Below are positions 55,549 to 64,000 of a stretch of DNA of 64,000 bases, one piece after another (the stretch's first letter is position 1; each line of letters begins with the position of its first letter). A program made the translations under genes and the position numbers. This DNA comes from an uncultured Gemmatimonadales bacterium. Lineage in GTDB: Bacteria; Gemmatimonadota; Gemmatimonadetes; Gemmatimonadales; GWC2-71-9. The notes below the pieces were generated by a model. The model saw nothing but the letters and a program-made list of their open reading frames with translations. It made no database searches and had not been told where the DNA came from. The stretch is from assembly GCA_963828735.1 (NCBI GenBank), contig CAWHFW010000004.1, positions 32,001 to 96,000 of the forward strand. The letters are read 5' to 3'.

Positions 55549-55884
55549 ATGGATGAGAACATGACTTCGACCTCCTTCACGCTCGAGGGATACCGGATCG
55601 TCGAGTCGCTGGGCGTGGTGCGCGGCGTCACCGTCCGTTCGCGGTCGCTGTTCGGCGCCATCGGAGCCCGGATCGAGACGTTGGTCGGGGGCCATATCTC
55701 TATACTGACCACCCTGTGCGAACGGGCGCGGGCGGACGCGTTCGACATCCTGCTCGCCCACGCCCAGCGCCGCGGCGCGAACGCCGTGGTCGGTATCCGC
55801 TACGACGCCACCGAGATCATGGCCGGCGTCACCGAGGTGCTCTGCTACGGCACCGCCGTTGTCGTCGAGCCGCTCGAGTCGTAG
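55549..55884 (+). CDS. YbjQ (UPF0145) family protein
   Basis: LGVVRG..VRSR, GANAVVGIRYD and YGTAV motifs. Confidence 0.92.
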   Translation: MDENMTSTSFTLEGYRIVESLGVVRGVTVRSRSLFGAIGARIETLVGGHISILTTLCERARADAFDILLAHAQRRGANAVVGIRYDATEIMAGVTEVLCYGTAVVVEPLES

Positions 55885-55979
55885 TCTCGCCATCCCTTGC
55901 GCCATCCGCGCCGGCCCTCACATTTGGCGCGGCCCGGCAGCCTCTCCGCCACCTCTGAGCTCCAGGAGATAACCTCACT

Positions 55980-56501
55980 ATGTCCATTGGCATCCTCCTG
56001 CTCCTACGCCTCGTCCACATCGTTCTCGGCGTCTTCTGGGTGGGCGCTGTCGTGTTCATCGCGCTGCTCCTCATGCCCAGCGTCCGAGCGGCGGGCCCGG
56101 CGGGCGGCGCCGTGATGCAGCAGCTCATGCAGACCCGGCGGCTCTCGCTGTGGCTCATGGCCGCCGCCGTCCTCACGGTCCTCTCCGGCATCGGGCTCTA
56201 CTGGCACGACAGTGCGGGATTCACCTCGACGGCTTGGCTCGGCTCCAGGCAGGGACGAGTGTTCGGGCTCGGCGGGATCCTGGCCATCTCCGCGATGATC
56301 ATCGGCATGGCCGTGAACTCCCCCGCGGGCAGGAAGTTGGGCGAGCTGGGGGCGCAGGTGCAGGCGTCCGGACGGCCGCCGACGCCGGACCAGACGGCGG
56401 CGATCCAACGTCTCCAAGAGCGGCTCGGCCGCGCGACCGTGGTCGTGGCAGCACTGCTGGCGCTGGCGGCGGCCGCGATGGCGGTCGCGCGCTACGCGTG
56501 A
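55980..56501 (+). CDS. Hypothetical membrane protein (4 TM)
   Basis: LRLVHIVLGVFWVG..MAVARY; SD AGGAG. Confidence 0.8.
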   Translation: MSIGILLLLRLVHIVLGVFWVGAVVFIALLLMPSVRAAGPAGGAVMQQLMQTRRLSLWLMAAAVLTVLSGIGLYWHDSAGFTSTAWLGSRQGRVFGLGGILAISAMIIGMAVNSPAGRKLGELGAQVQASGRPPTPDQTAAIQRLQERLGRATVVVAALLALAAAAMAVARYA

Positions 56502-56531
56502 CCGGGGCGGCGGCGCGCGCCGCGCGCTCCC

Positions 56532-56560
56532 TTGCCTCCTCCCACGCTCGCGGGCACCTT
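56532..56560 (+). promoter_or_regulatory. Putative sigma70 promoter
   Basis: TTGCCT, 17-bp spacer, CACCTT upstream of the GlcG-like gene. Confidence 0.4.
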
Positions 56561-56619
56561 GCACCCCACGAGGGCTCCGGCTCACGGTCGAGGCGCTTCA
56601 CGCACCCTGAGGGCAGCAC

Positions 56620-57033
56620 ATGACGCACTTGCGCGAGATTCGCGCGCTGACGCTCGAGGCCGCCAAGGCCATGGCCGTCGCGGCGGAGCGATTCGCCGCC
56701 GAGCGCGGTTGGACGGTCGCGGTAGCCGTGGTGGACGCGGCCGGAGGGCTCATCCTGTTCCACTCCCTCGACGACACCCAGCCGGGGAGTCAGGACGTCG
56801 CCGTGCTCAAGGCGCGCACGGCCGCCCGGCTCCACCGCCCGACCAAGGCGCTCGAGGACGGCATCGCCGGAGGGCGCACCGCGCTGCTGACGCTGCCGGG
56901 CATCGTCGCCCTCGAAGGCGGGCTGCCGATCCGGGTCGATGGACGCGTCATCGGGGCCGTAGGCGTGAGCGGCATGGCGTCGGCCCAGGACGGCGAGGTG
57001 GCGGCGTCCGCGCTCGCCGCGCTCGAGCTGTAG
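56620..57033 (+). CDS. GlcG/HbpS family heme-binding protein
   Basis: VAVVDAAG, KARTA, GGLPI and GAVGVSG..QD motifs. Confidence 0.9.
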   Translation: MTHLREIRALTLEAAKAMAVAAERFAAERGWTVAVAVVDAAGGLILFHSLDDTQPGSQDVAVLKARTAARLHRPTKALEDGIAGGRTALLTLPGIVALEGGLPIRVDGRVIGAVGVSGMASAQDGEVAASALAALEL

Positions 57034-57035
57034 AC

Positions 57036-57164
57036 GTGAGCCGGCTCGGCGGCCGTTCGTGGAGTGAATGGATCGCCCGGTACGGCCGAAGTCACGAGCA
57101 GCCGGTGAGCCGCCCTCTCGTGGGTTCGCCCTGGTGGATCGCCAAGGCTCGTGGGCGCGCCTGA
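57036..57164 (+). pseudogene. Internally deleted DUF962/Mpo1-like gene (N- and C-termini fused)
   Basis: LGGRSWSEWIARYGRSHEQPVSR joined in frame to ..VG..WWIAKARGRA. Confidence 0.6.
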
Positions 57165-57168
57165 CACC

Positions 57169-57636
57169 ATGGCCGCCCTGCTGAACGACGCCACGTACTT
57201 CCCGCACGTCATCGCCGTGCTGCTGGTCGGGATGTGGGCGCTGGCCCTGGTGACCAGGCCCGATGGCTTCTACCGACCCAGCTATCGCGGCTTGATCATC
57301 GTTCCGCTCGCGATCGCGCCCTACTTGAGCGCCGGACTGGGCCTGACCCTGCTCGCGCTGGGTCTCCTCGTCGTCTGCGCCAACCTCGACCACCGCTGGC
57401 TGAGCTGGGCGGCGGAGCGGCAGCGCCGCGCGAGCGATCCTACCGGCCGAGGCCCGATCGGTCGCGCGGCCGGCATCGCGTCCGGGCTGCTCTATTTGTT
57501 GGCTGGAATCGGGCTGATGACGCTGAGCGCCGAGGGAGCCTGGTCGTGGTGGATCGGGCTGGGCACCGCCGCGCACGGTGCGCTCATCGTGATCGCACGG
57601 ATTCGCGGCCTGCCGGATCTCGGCCCCTGGGGCTAG
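57169..57636 (+). CDS. Hypothetical membrane protein
   Basis: About five hydrophobic segments. Confidence 0.65.
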   Translation: MAALLNDATYFPHVIAVLLVGMWALALVTRPDGFYRPSYRGLIIVPLAIAPYLSAGLGLTLLALGLLVVCANLDHRWLSWAAERQRRASDPTGRGPIGRAAGIASGLLYLLAGIGLMTLSAEGAWSWWIGLGTAAHGALIVIARIRGLPDLGPWG

Positions 57637-57682
57637 CTAGGTCCGCCTCCGCTTGGCTCGAACCGTTGTCCGGAGATTCGAG

Positions 57683-59098
57683 ATGAGCCTCGAGAAGCGC
57701 CTGGTGGCGCTCGCGCTCCTCGCCTTCCTACCGCCGGCAATGCCCCACCAGACGGCGCTGGCTGCCGTGGACCGCTACGTTCGCGAGGAGATGCGCCGCG
57801 AGCGGGTGCCTGGCGTGTCAGTCGCCATCGTCCGTGATGGACGCCTCGTCCTCGCGCGCGGCTACGGCTTCGCGAACGTCGAGCTTCACGTCCCCGCGAC
57901 CGACAGCACGATCTACCAGTCCGGCTCGATCGGCAAGCAGTTCACCGCGGCGCTGATCCTGCGGCTCGCCGCCGAGGACCGGCTCGGGCTCGACGACCCC
58001 ATCCGGCGTCATCTGCCGGAAGGACCGCCGCGCTGGGACTCCATCACGGTTCGACAGCTCCTCACGCACACGTCCGGCATCCTCGATTACACCGACAGCG
58101 CGGTGAATCTCCGGCGCGAGTACACCGAGGATGAGCTGGTCAGGATCGCCGCCGGCCTGCCGGCGCTGTTCCGGCCTGGCGCGCGGTGGAGCTACAGCAA
58201 CACCAACTACCTGCTGCTCGGCGCCATCATCCACCGGGTGAGCGGGATGTTCTACGGTGACCTCCTCCGCCGCGACATCTTCGCTCCGCTCGGCATGCGA
58301 ACCGCCCGGGTCATCTCGGAGGCGGACATCGTCCCCAACCGGGCGGCCGGCTACGAGCTCCACGGCGATACGCTGCGAAACCAGGAGTGGGTCTCCCCGA
58401 GCCTCAATACCACGGCCGACGGCGCCCTCTACCTAACCGTGCGCGATCTCGCGCGCTGGGTCATGGGCTGGGACGCCGGCCGCGTCCTGAGCGCCGCCGA
58501 CCGCCGGTCGGCGTGGAGCCCGGCACGCCTCGAGGACGGCGGTACCTATCCCTACGGGTTCGGCTGGGAGCTTCAGGAGCTTCGAGCACAGCCTCGGATC
58601 GGGCACACCGGCGCGTGGCAGGGCTTCCGCGGGAGCATCCAGCGGTTTCCCAAGGCCAACCTCACCGTGATCGTCCTCGCCAATCTCACAGAGGCGCGGC
58701 CCGAGGCCATGTCGCTCGCGATCGCCGGCTTGCTCGAGCCTGCCCTCATTCCACCGCACCGGATCGCGGACCCACTGCCTGGCCCGAGGCCGCCCGTGCC
58801 GATCCAGGAGCTTCTCCGGCATGTCGCCGACGGCCGTGACTCGGCGTTGGTGACGCCCGGCTTGCACCGCTTCCTGAGCGATGCCGAACGCCACGGATGG
58901 GAGGAAACACTGGCTGGTGCGAGGCGGTGGACTCCAGTCGGCTGCGAGCGTGCCGGGGATCACCCGATCGCCCGCCTTGGCGCCGAGGTCGCCTGGCTCT
59001 GCTATGCCCGTGGGGAAGGGGCGCGGGGCGGCTCGGCGATAACCGCTCTGTACACCGACGACTGGCGCGCGGCGGACCTCGAGAGCTACTCCTACTGA
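57683..59098 (+). CDS. Serine hydrolase, beta-lactamase family, secreted
   Basis: SIGK (SxxK), LLTHTSG, YSN and HTG motifs; signal peptide. Confidence 0.92.
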   Translation: MSLEKRLVALALLAFLPPAMPHQTALAAVDRYVREEMRRERVPGVSVAIVRDGRLVLARGYGFANVELHVPATDSTIYQSGSIGKQFTAALILRLAAEDRLGLDDPIRRHLPEGPPRWDSITVRQLLTHTSGILDYTDSAVNLRREYTEDELVRIAAGLPALFRPGARWSYSNTNYLLLGAIIHRVSGMFYGDLLRRDIFAPLGMRTARVISEADIVPNRAAGYELHGDTLRNQEWVSPSLNTTADGALYLTVRDLARWVMGWDAGRVLSAADRRSAWSPARLEDGGTYPYGFGWELQELRAQPRIGHTGAWQGFRGSIQRFPKANLTVIVLANLTEARPEAMSLAIAGLLEPALIPPHRIADPLPGPRPPVPIQELLRHVADGRDSALVTPGLHRFLSDAERHGWEETLAGARRWTPVGCERAGDHPIARLGAEVAWLCYARGEGARGGSAITALYTDDWRAADLESYSY

Positions 59099-59130
59099 GA
59101 CGAGCGGACGTAGCGCCGCACGGAGGCCAC

Positions 59131-59427
59131 GTGTTCCAGATCCTCTGGCAATTCGAGACGTCCGAGGAGCGGGCGGCCGCGTTCGTGGGCGCATACGGTG
59201 GCCAGGGGCTCTGGGTGGCGTTCTTTCGTCAGGCGTCCGGCTATCTCGGCACGGATCTGTTCCACCACGTGTCCATGCCACTCTGCTTTCTGACCCTCGA
59301 TCGCTGGGAGAGCCGCGCCGCGTACGAGGCGTTCCACCGCGAGCGCGGGCCGGAGTATTCGGCGCTGGACGCCGAGTGCCAGGAGCTCACTACCAGCGAG
59401 CGGTTCCTCGGGGCCTGGGAGGATTGA
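59131..59427 (+). CDS. ABM family protein
   Basis: AYG..G.W..FF...GYLGT.L and TLDRWES patterns; SD GGAGG. Confidence 0.8.
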   Translation: MFQILWQFETSEERAAAFVGAYGGQGLWVAFFRQASGYLGTDLFHHVSMPLCFLTLDRWESRAAYEAFHRERGPEYSALDAECQELTTSERFLGAWED

Positions 59428-59435
59428 AGGTCGGC

Positions 59436-59461
59436 GCAACCTTTTCGCGGGTCGTCTCGTC
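59436..59461 (+). promoter_or_regulatory. Putative ECF sigma promoter
   Basis: GCAAC, 17-bp spacer, CGTC upstream of the permease. Confidence 0.4.
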
Positions 59462-59503
59462 AAACCGGGGGTTACCCGCGACGCCCCAGCCACGAGCGAG
59501 ATC

Positions 59504-61951
59504 ATGGACAGCCTCCTTCAGGATATCCGCTACAGCCTTCGCCGCCTGCTCAAGAGCCCGGCGTTCACCTTCATCGTCGTTCTCACCCTCGCGCTCGGCA
59601 TCGGGGCCAATACGGCGATCTTCAGCACGGTCAACGCCGTTCTCCTCCGGCCGCTGGGCTACGACGATCCGGGCCGTCTCGTCACCATCGAGCACTACTA
59701 CCCCTCGCTCGGGGGCATGAAGGCGCCGGTCTCGGTTCCTGGGTTCCTCGACTATCAGCGAGAGGTCCGGTCCATCGAAGCCATGGCGGTCGAGACCAAC
59801 TGGGCGGCGAACCTCACGGGGGAAGGCGAGCCGGCGCGGATCCCGGGCGCCCGCGTCACCGGCCGGTTCTTCACGACGCTGGCGGTGCCGGCGCAGGTCG
59901 GCCGAACCCTGCTGCCGGGCGAGGACAGCGCCGGGCGCGAGCACGTCGTGGTGCTCAGCTATGGCCTCTGGCAGCGGCTGTTCGGCTCGTCTCCCTCAGT
60001 CGTGGGCCGCTCGCTGTCGCTCAATGGCGAGACCTACGAGGTGGTGGGCGTGATGCCGCGGGGGTTCAGTGACGTGCAGAACCGGAATGTCGAGTTGTGG
60101 GCCCCACTCGTCTTCCGGCCGGACCAGATGACCGACGACCAGCGGACCCACGAGTTCCTGAACCTCGTGGCGCGGGTCCGCCGGGGCGTACCGGTGGAAC
60201 AAACTGCCGCCGAGGTGCACACCCTGGCCGAGCAGCTCAAGCGGCAGTACCCCGATCAGTATTCGACCGACTGGGGCCTGGTGACGACGCCCCTCGCGCA
60301 GCATCTCGTCGGCAACGTGCGGCCCGCGCTCCTCGTCCTGCTCGGCGCCGTGGGCTTCGTGCTGCTCATCGCGTGCGCCAACGTGGCCAATCTGTTGCTC
60401 GCGCGCGCGGCCGCCCGCTCGAAGGAAATCGCCGTTCGCACCGCCCTCGGCGCGAGCCGGGATCGCCTCGTGCGCCAGCTGCTCACCGAGAGCATGCTGC
60501 TGGCGCTCGTCGGCGGCGTGGTGGGACTCTTCCTCGCCTTCTGGGGCGTGCGCGCCATCGTGGCCCTCAATCCCTCCAATCTTCCACGAGTCGAGGAAAT
60601 CGGCGTGGATGGGCCGGTCGCGCTCTTTACGCTGCTCGTTTCGGTGATGACCGGCCTGCTCTTCGGGCTCGCGCCCGCCGTGCACACGACCACCAGCGAT
60701 CTGCACGGCATGCTCAAGGAAGGCGGTCGCGGCTCCGCGGGCGACCGCGGCGGTCAGGGACTGCGTCGCATGCTGGTCATCGCCGAGGTCGCCCTCGCGC
60801 TCACGTTGCTGACGGGGGCTGGGCTCCTGATCAAGAGCTTCGCGCGCCTGCAGGGCGTCGATCCGGGATTCGAGCCCGATCACCTGTTGACGTTCAATCT
60901 GGCGCTCCCACGGGCCCGCTACCCGTCGGATACCTCGCAGGCGGCGTTCTTCGACCAGGTGGTGCCGGCGCTCGCGTCCGTCCCCGGGGTGCGGGCCGCG
61001 GGGGCCACGTCGGTCATGCCGTTCGGCGGCGGCTGGTCCACGGCCGGCTTCGAGATCGAGGGATACCGGCCGCCTCCGAAGCAGGCCGGGCCGTGGGGGG
61101 ACATCCGGATCGTGAGTCCGGGCTACTTCGAGACCCTGCGCATTCCACTCCGGCGCGGACGGCTGCTCGGCGACCAGGATCGCGCCGGGGCGCTCGAGGT
61201 CGCGGTGGTCGACGAGGAGTTCGTGCGCCGGTACTGGTCCCACGAGGACCCGATTGGAAAGCGGTTCACCTTCGGACCGCCGGCCGGCGCCGTCGACACC
61301 TCGTCGCGCGAGTGGATCACCGTCGTCGGCGTCGTGGGCCACACGAAGCAGGAAGGCCTCGATGCCGAGAACAGGATCCAGCTCTATTTGGCGTACCGCC
61401 AGACGCCGCAGGCCATGCTCACGTTCGCCGTCCGCACCGCCGGCGACCCCGCGCAGTACGTGAACGCGGTCCGGCGCGCGGTCCAGTCGGTGGACCCGGA
61501 CCAGCCCCTCTCCGGGATCCACTCGATGGACGAGTTGATCTCGACCTCGGTCGGTCAGCGCCGGCTCTCGATGATGCTCCTCAGCCTCTTCTCGGGCATC
61601 GCGCTGGTGCTCGCGTCGGTGGGCATCTACGGCCTGATGAGCTATTCCGTTGCCCAGCGATCGCGGGAGCTCGGTGTCAGGATCGCGCTCGGCGCTGGAC
61701 GAACGGACGTGCTTCGCCTCGTGCTGCGGCAGGGAATGTCGCTCGCGCTCACCGGCATCGTCATCGGGGTCGGCGCCGCGTTCGGCCTGAGTCGGCTCAT
61801 TCAGAGCCAGCTGTTCGGCATCCGGGCCACGGACCCCGCAACGTTCGGGCTGGTGGCGGTCGTACTGGGAGTCACCGCCCTGGCGGCGAACCTGATTCCC
61901 GCCTGGCGTGCGACGCGGGTGGACCCGGCGGTAGTGCTGCGCGAGGAGTGA
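59504..61951 (+). CDS. ADOP-type duplicated ABC permease (MacB/FtsX domains)
   Basis: QDIRY..LALGIGANTAIFS, LLIACANVANLLLAR, EIAVRTALGA and RATRVDP motifs. Confidence 0.93.
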   Translation: MDSLLQDIRYSLRRLLKSPAFTFIVVLTLALGIGANTAIFSTVNAVLLRPLGYDDPGRLVTIEHYYPSLGGMKAPVSVPGFLDYQREVRSIEAMAVETNWAANLTGEGEPARIPGARVTGRFFTTLAVPAQVGRTLLPGEDSAGREHVVVLSYGLWQRLFGSSPSVVGRSLSLNGETYEVVGVMPRGFSDVQNRNVELWAPLVFRPDQMTDDQRTHEFLNLVARVRRGVPVEQTAAEVHTLAEQLKRQYPDQYSTDWGLVTTPLAQHLVGNVRPALLVLLGAVGFVLLIACANVANLLLARAAARSKEIAVRTALGASRDRLVRQLLTESMLLALVGGVVGLFLAFWGVRAIVALNPSNLPRVEEIGVDGPVALFTLLVSVMTGLLFGLAPAVHTTTSDLHGMLKEGGRGSAGDRGGQGLRRMLVIAEVALALTLLTGAGLLIKSFARLQGVDPGFEPDHLLTFNLALPRARYPSDTSQAAFFDQVVPALASVPGVRAAGATSVMPFGGGWSTAGFEIEGYRPPPKQAGPWGDIRIVSPGYFETLRIPLRRGRLLGDQDRAGALEVAVVDEEFVRRYWSHEDPIGKRFTFGPPAGAVDTSSREWITVVGVVGHTKQEGLDAENRIQLYLAYRQTPQAMLTFAVRTAGDPAQYVNAVRRAVQSVDPDQPLSGIHSMDELISTSVGQRRLSMMLLSLFSGIALVLASVGIYGLMSYSVAQRSRELGVRIALGAGRTDVLRLVLRQGMSLALTGIVIGVGAAFGLSRLIQSQLFGIRATDPATFGLVAVVLGVTALAANLIPAWRATRVDPAVVLREE

Positions 61952-62067
61952 GCCCGCTCATGAAGCCCGGCCCGGTGCGAGCGCGCGGCCGCCGCGCCTC
62001 GCATCTGGCTGAACGCCCGCGGACCGACGACATTACTGCTACCCCAACTCGCATACGAGACCCCAAG

Positions 62068-62484
62068 GTGACAGCACCAGAGGTCGATTCTTCCGTCATC
62101 CTCGTCGTCGACGATGAGCCCTCCGTCCGGCGGTTTGCGGCCCGGGTGCTCCTCGAAGAAGGATTCGTGGTCCGCGAAGCCAGCGACGGGGAGGAGGCGC
62201 TGGAGGTGGTGAACACCGGCGGTGTGTCGGTGCTCGTGAGTGACATCGTGATGCCCCGGCTCAACGGCGTGCAGCTGATGGAGGTGTTGGCGCGCTCTCA
62301 CCCGCAGCTGCCCGTCCTGCTCATGTCGGGGTACCCGACCGGCCAGCTCGAGGGCATGGGAATCGCCGCGCCGTGCGGGTTGCTCCCGAAGCCGTTCTCG
62401 GCCGAGCGTCTGGTGGTGGAGGTGCGGCGATGCCTGGGAAATGCGGACCCGCTCACCCCGGTGCCGCCGGGTGCGGGGGTGTAG
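62068..62484 (+). CDS. Single-domain response regulator (receiver)
   Basis: ILVVDDE, SDIVMP, MSGY and KPF motifs. Confidence 0.88.
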   Translation: MTAPEVDSSVILVVDDEPSVRRFAARVLLEEGFVVREASDGEEALEVVNTGGVSVLVSDIVMPRLNGVQLMEVLARSHPQLPVLLMSGYPTGQLEGMGIAAPCGLLPKPFSAERLVVEVRRCLGNADPLTPVPPGAGV

Positions 62485-62490
62485 CGCGAG

Positions 62491-62958
62491 CTAAAACTCC
62501 GGCACGTCCCGGGCGAGACGCTCGAGCATCGGCGCCCGATCGCCCTGCCATGTCGCCCAGGTCAGCGGGCATGGATCGCCGAACGGCGGATCCGGATGGC
62601 CCGGCCGCCCCAGCAGGTCGTGCAGCATCTCGTGGCGCACGACCATCTCGTTCATCGTCCAGTCCTGAGCCACGTAGATGTGATGGTCCGGCTCCCAGTG
62701 TCCGGCGCAGGTGCCGCTCGCGCACTTGAAGCCCCGGCCGGGCACCACCGACCACTGCACCCGATCGAAGTCGCCGGTCAGGCCTGAGCACGCCGCCGTC
62801 TTCGCCCACCATTCGCGGTAGACGGCCGGGGGCGACATGGGCGAGTCGTCGCCCGGGTCGAAGCCGCAGGCGGCGAGGATCAGGGCGGAGGTGATGAGCA
62901 GGAATGAGAGACGGGACACGGGCCCCGCCGAGGCAACCGTCATGCCGCTGGGCGGCAT
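62491..62958 (-). CDS. Small lipoprotein with HExxH zincin-like motif
   Basis: LILAAC lipobox; VRHEMLHDLL...H; the start may be 62943 or 62919. Confidence 0.7.
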   Translation of the reverse strand: MPPSGMTVASAGPVSRLSFLLITSALILAACGFDPGDDSPMSPPAVYREWWAKTAACSGLTGDFDRVQWSVVPGRGFKCASGTCAGHWEPDHHIYVAQDWTMNEMVVRHEMLHDLLGRPGHPDPPFGDPCPLTWATWQGDRAPMLERLARDVPEF

Positions 62959-63040
62959 CGGCTAACCTCATGTGTGACAACGCGGCTCCGAGCGGCGCGT
63001 GGACGTCACGCGGGCCGGCTCTCTCAAGATGCGAGGCGGG

Positions 63041-64000
63041 ATGACGAGTTACGCACGGCGCCTGGGACTGTTTTCCGCGACCATGGCGGTGGTCGGCGGC
63101 ATCATCGGCGGCGGCATCTTCCGCACGCCCGCCGCTGTTGCGGCCCGAGTGGGCTCGCCGTCACTCGGCCTCGCGGCCTGGGGCACGGGAGCGGTCGTGG
63201 CGCTGGCCGGCGCCTTCTGCTACGGAGAGCTCGCCTGGCGCCGGCCACGTGCGGGCGGGGGATACGTCTACCTGCGCGAGGCGTGGGGTCCGCTGCCGGC
63301 CTTTCTCTACGGCTGGGGGCTGCTGCTCGTGATCGCCACCGGAGCGATCGCCGCAGTCGCCGTGACGTTTGCCGACTACACCGTGGCCCTGACCGGGCTG
63401 CCTTCGCGGATGACGGTGCCGGTCGCCGTGGGCGCCATCGTGGTGCTCGCCGGGATCAACTACGTGGGGGTGCGGCCGGGTGCGATCACGGTCAACATCC
63501 TCACCGTCCTCAAGCTGGCCGCCCTGGCTGGGCTGATCGTCGCCGGGCTCGCGCTCGGTCTGCCGGCGTCGGAACCGCCGGCGGCCGTGCCCGCGGGGAA
63601 CGGCCTTCGCGCCTTCGGTGCTGCCCTGGTCCCGATCCTCTTCACGTACGGAGGTTGGCAGCAGACCAACTTCATCGCCGAGGAGATCGTCGCGCCCGAG
63701 CGGACGCTGCCGAGGGCACTCGTCTTCGGCGTGACGATCGTCGCGGTGGTCTACCTTCTCGCCAACATTGTCTATCTCCGGGTGCTGGGCCCGGCCGGGC
63801 TGGCGGCCAGCTCCGCGCCGGCCGCCGACACCATGCGTGCCGTCCTCGGCCCCGCGGGTGCTTCCTTCATCGCGGCCGGGATCGCGGTCTCCACTTTTGG
63901 CTTTCTGGATCTCGTCATACTGGTGACGCCCCGCGTGCTGCAGGCGATGGCGGCGGACGGGGTCTTCCTGCCACGGTTCGCTCGGCTTCACCCGCGCTAC
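63041..64000 (+). CDS. APC family amino acid permease (3' end runs off the window)
   Basis: LGLF..IIGGGIF, YGEL..P..GGGYVYL and YGGW..AEE..P motifs; open to the window end. Confidence 0.92.
   Translation, partial: MTSYARRLGLFSATMAVVGGIIGGGIFRTPAAVAARVGSPSLGLAAWGTGAVVALAGAFCYGELAWRRPRAGGGYVYLREAWGPLPAFLYGWGLLLVIATGAIAAVAVTFADYTVALTGLPSRMTVPVAVGAIVVLAGINYVGVRPGAITVNILTVLKLAALAGLIVAGLALGLPASEPPAAVPAGNGLRAFGAALVPILFTYGGWQQTNFIAEEIVAPERTLPRALVFGVTIVAVVYLLANIVYLRVLGPAGLAASSAPAADTMRAVLGPAGASFIAAGIAVSTFGFLDLVILVTPRVLQAMAADGVFLPRFARLHPRY

Noticed and set aside
80..61522. Long antisense and alternate-frame ORFs (e.g. 80-1945, 14714-17407, 18351-20057, 59996-61522)
   Set aside because: They shadow well-supported genes, as expected at high GC, and have low-information Arg/Ala/Pro-rich translations.
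22923..64000. Prophage, ICE, IS element or intact integron after the tRNA
   Set aside because: No integrase, transposase, phage genes, att repeat or repeated AAC..GTT attC sites were seen, and GC content looks host-like.
1..64000. CRISPR array or cas genes, rRNA, recognised riboswitch
   Set aside because: No regularly spaced repeats or recognisable signatures were seen by eye.

Overview
This is a high-GC bacterial chromosomal window (roughly 70% GC by eye). Gene order and style suggest Gemmatimonadota, which is an inference. Bases 1-22.9 kb are a housekeeping block: D-aminoacylase-like hydrolase, arginine deiminase, DEDDh exonuclease, MBL hydrolase, infC-rpmI-rplT-pheS-pheT-zapB-like-zapA-rny-folD-xseA-xseB-ispA-dxs-nadK-recN, a convergent outer-membrane-protein gene, galK and tRNA-Leu(TAA). 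infC has a sigma70 promoter, an L20-leader/attenuator-like RNA and a probable CUG start. From the tRNA to the window end (23-64 kb) there are about 70 mostly small, functionally unrelated genes, nearly all on the + strand (GNAT, VOC, cupin, ABM, DUF1330, NTF2, SMI1/KNR4, LOG, macro, Mug, ClpP, PQQ protein, ADOP permease and others). I found no integrase, transposase, CRISPR array or intact attC site. The array shows signs of gene turnover: truncated and internally deleted remnants, a frameshifted DUF3574 gene, and several 8-39-codon mini-ORFs that bridge neighbouring genes by start/stop overlaps at one or both ends. That array and its mini-ORF relay are the best candidates for something undescribed, but both remain inference. 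All family calls come from motif recognition only, with no database searches, and many start codons are estimates.
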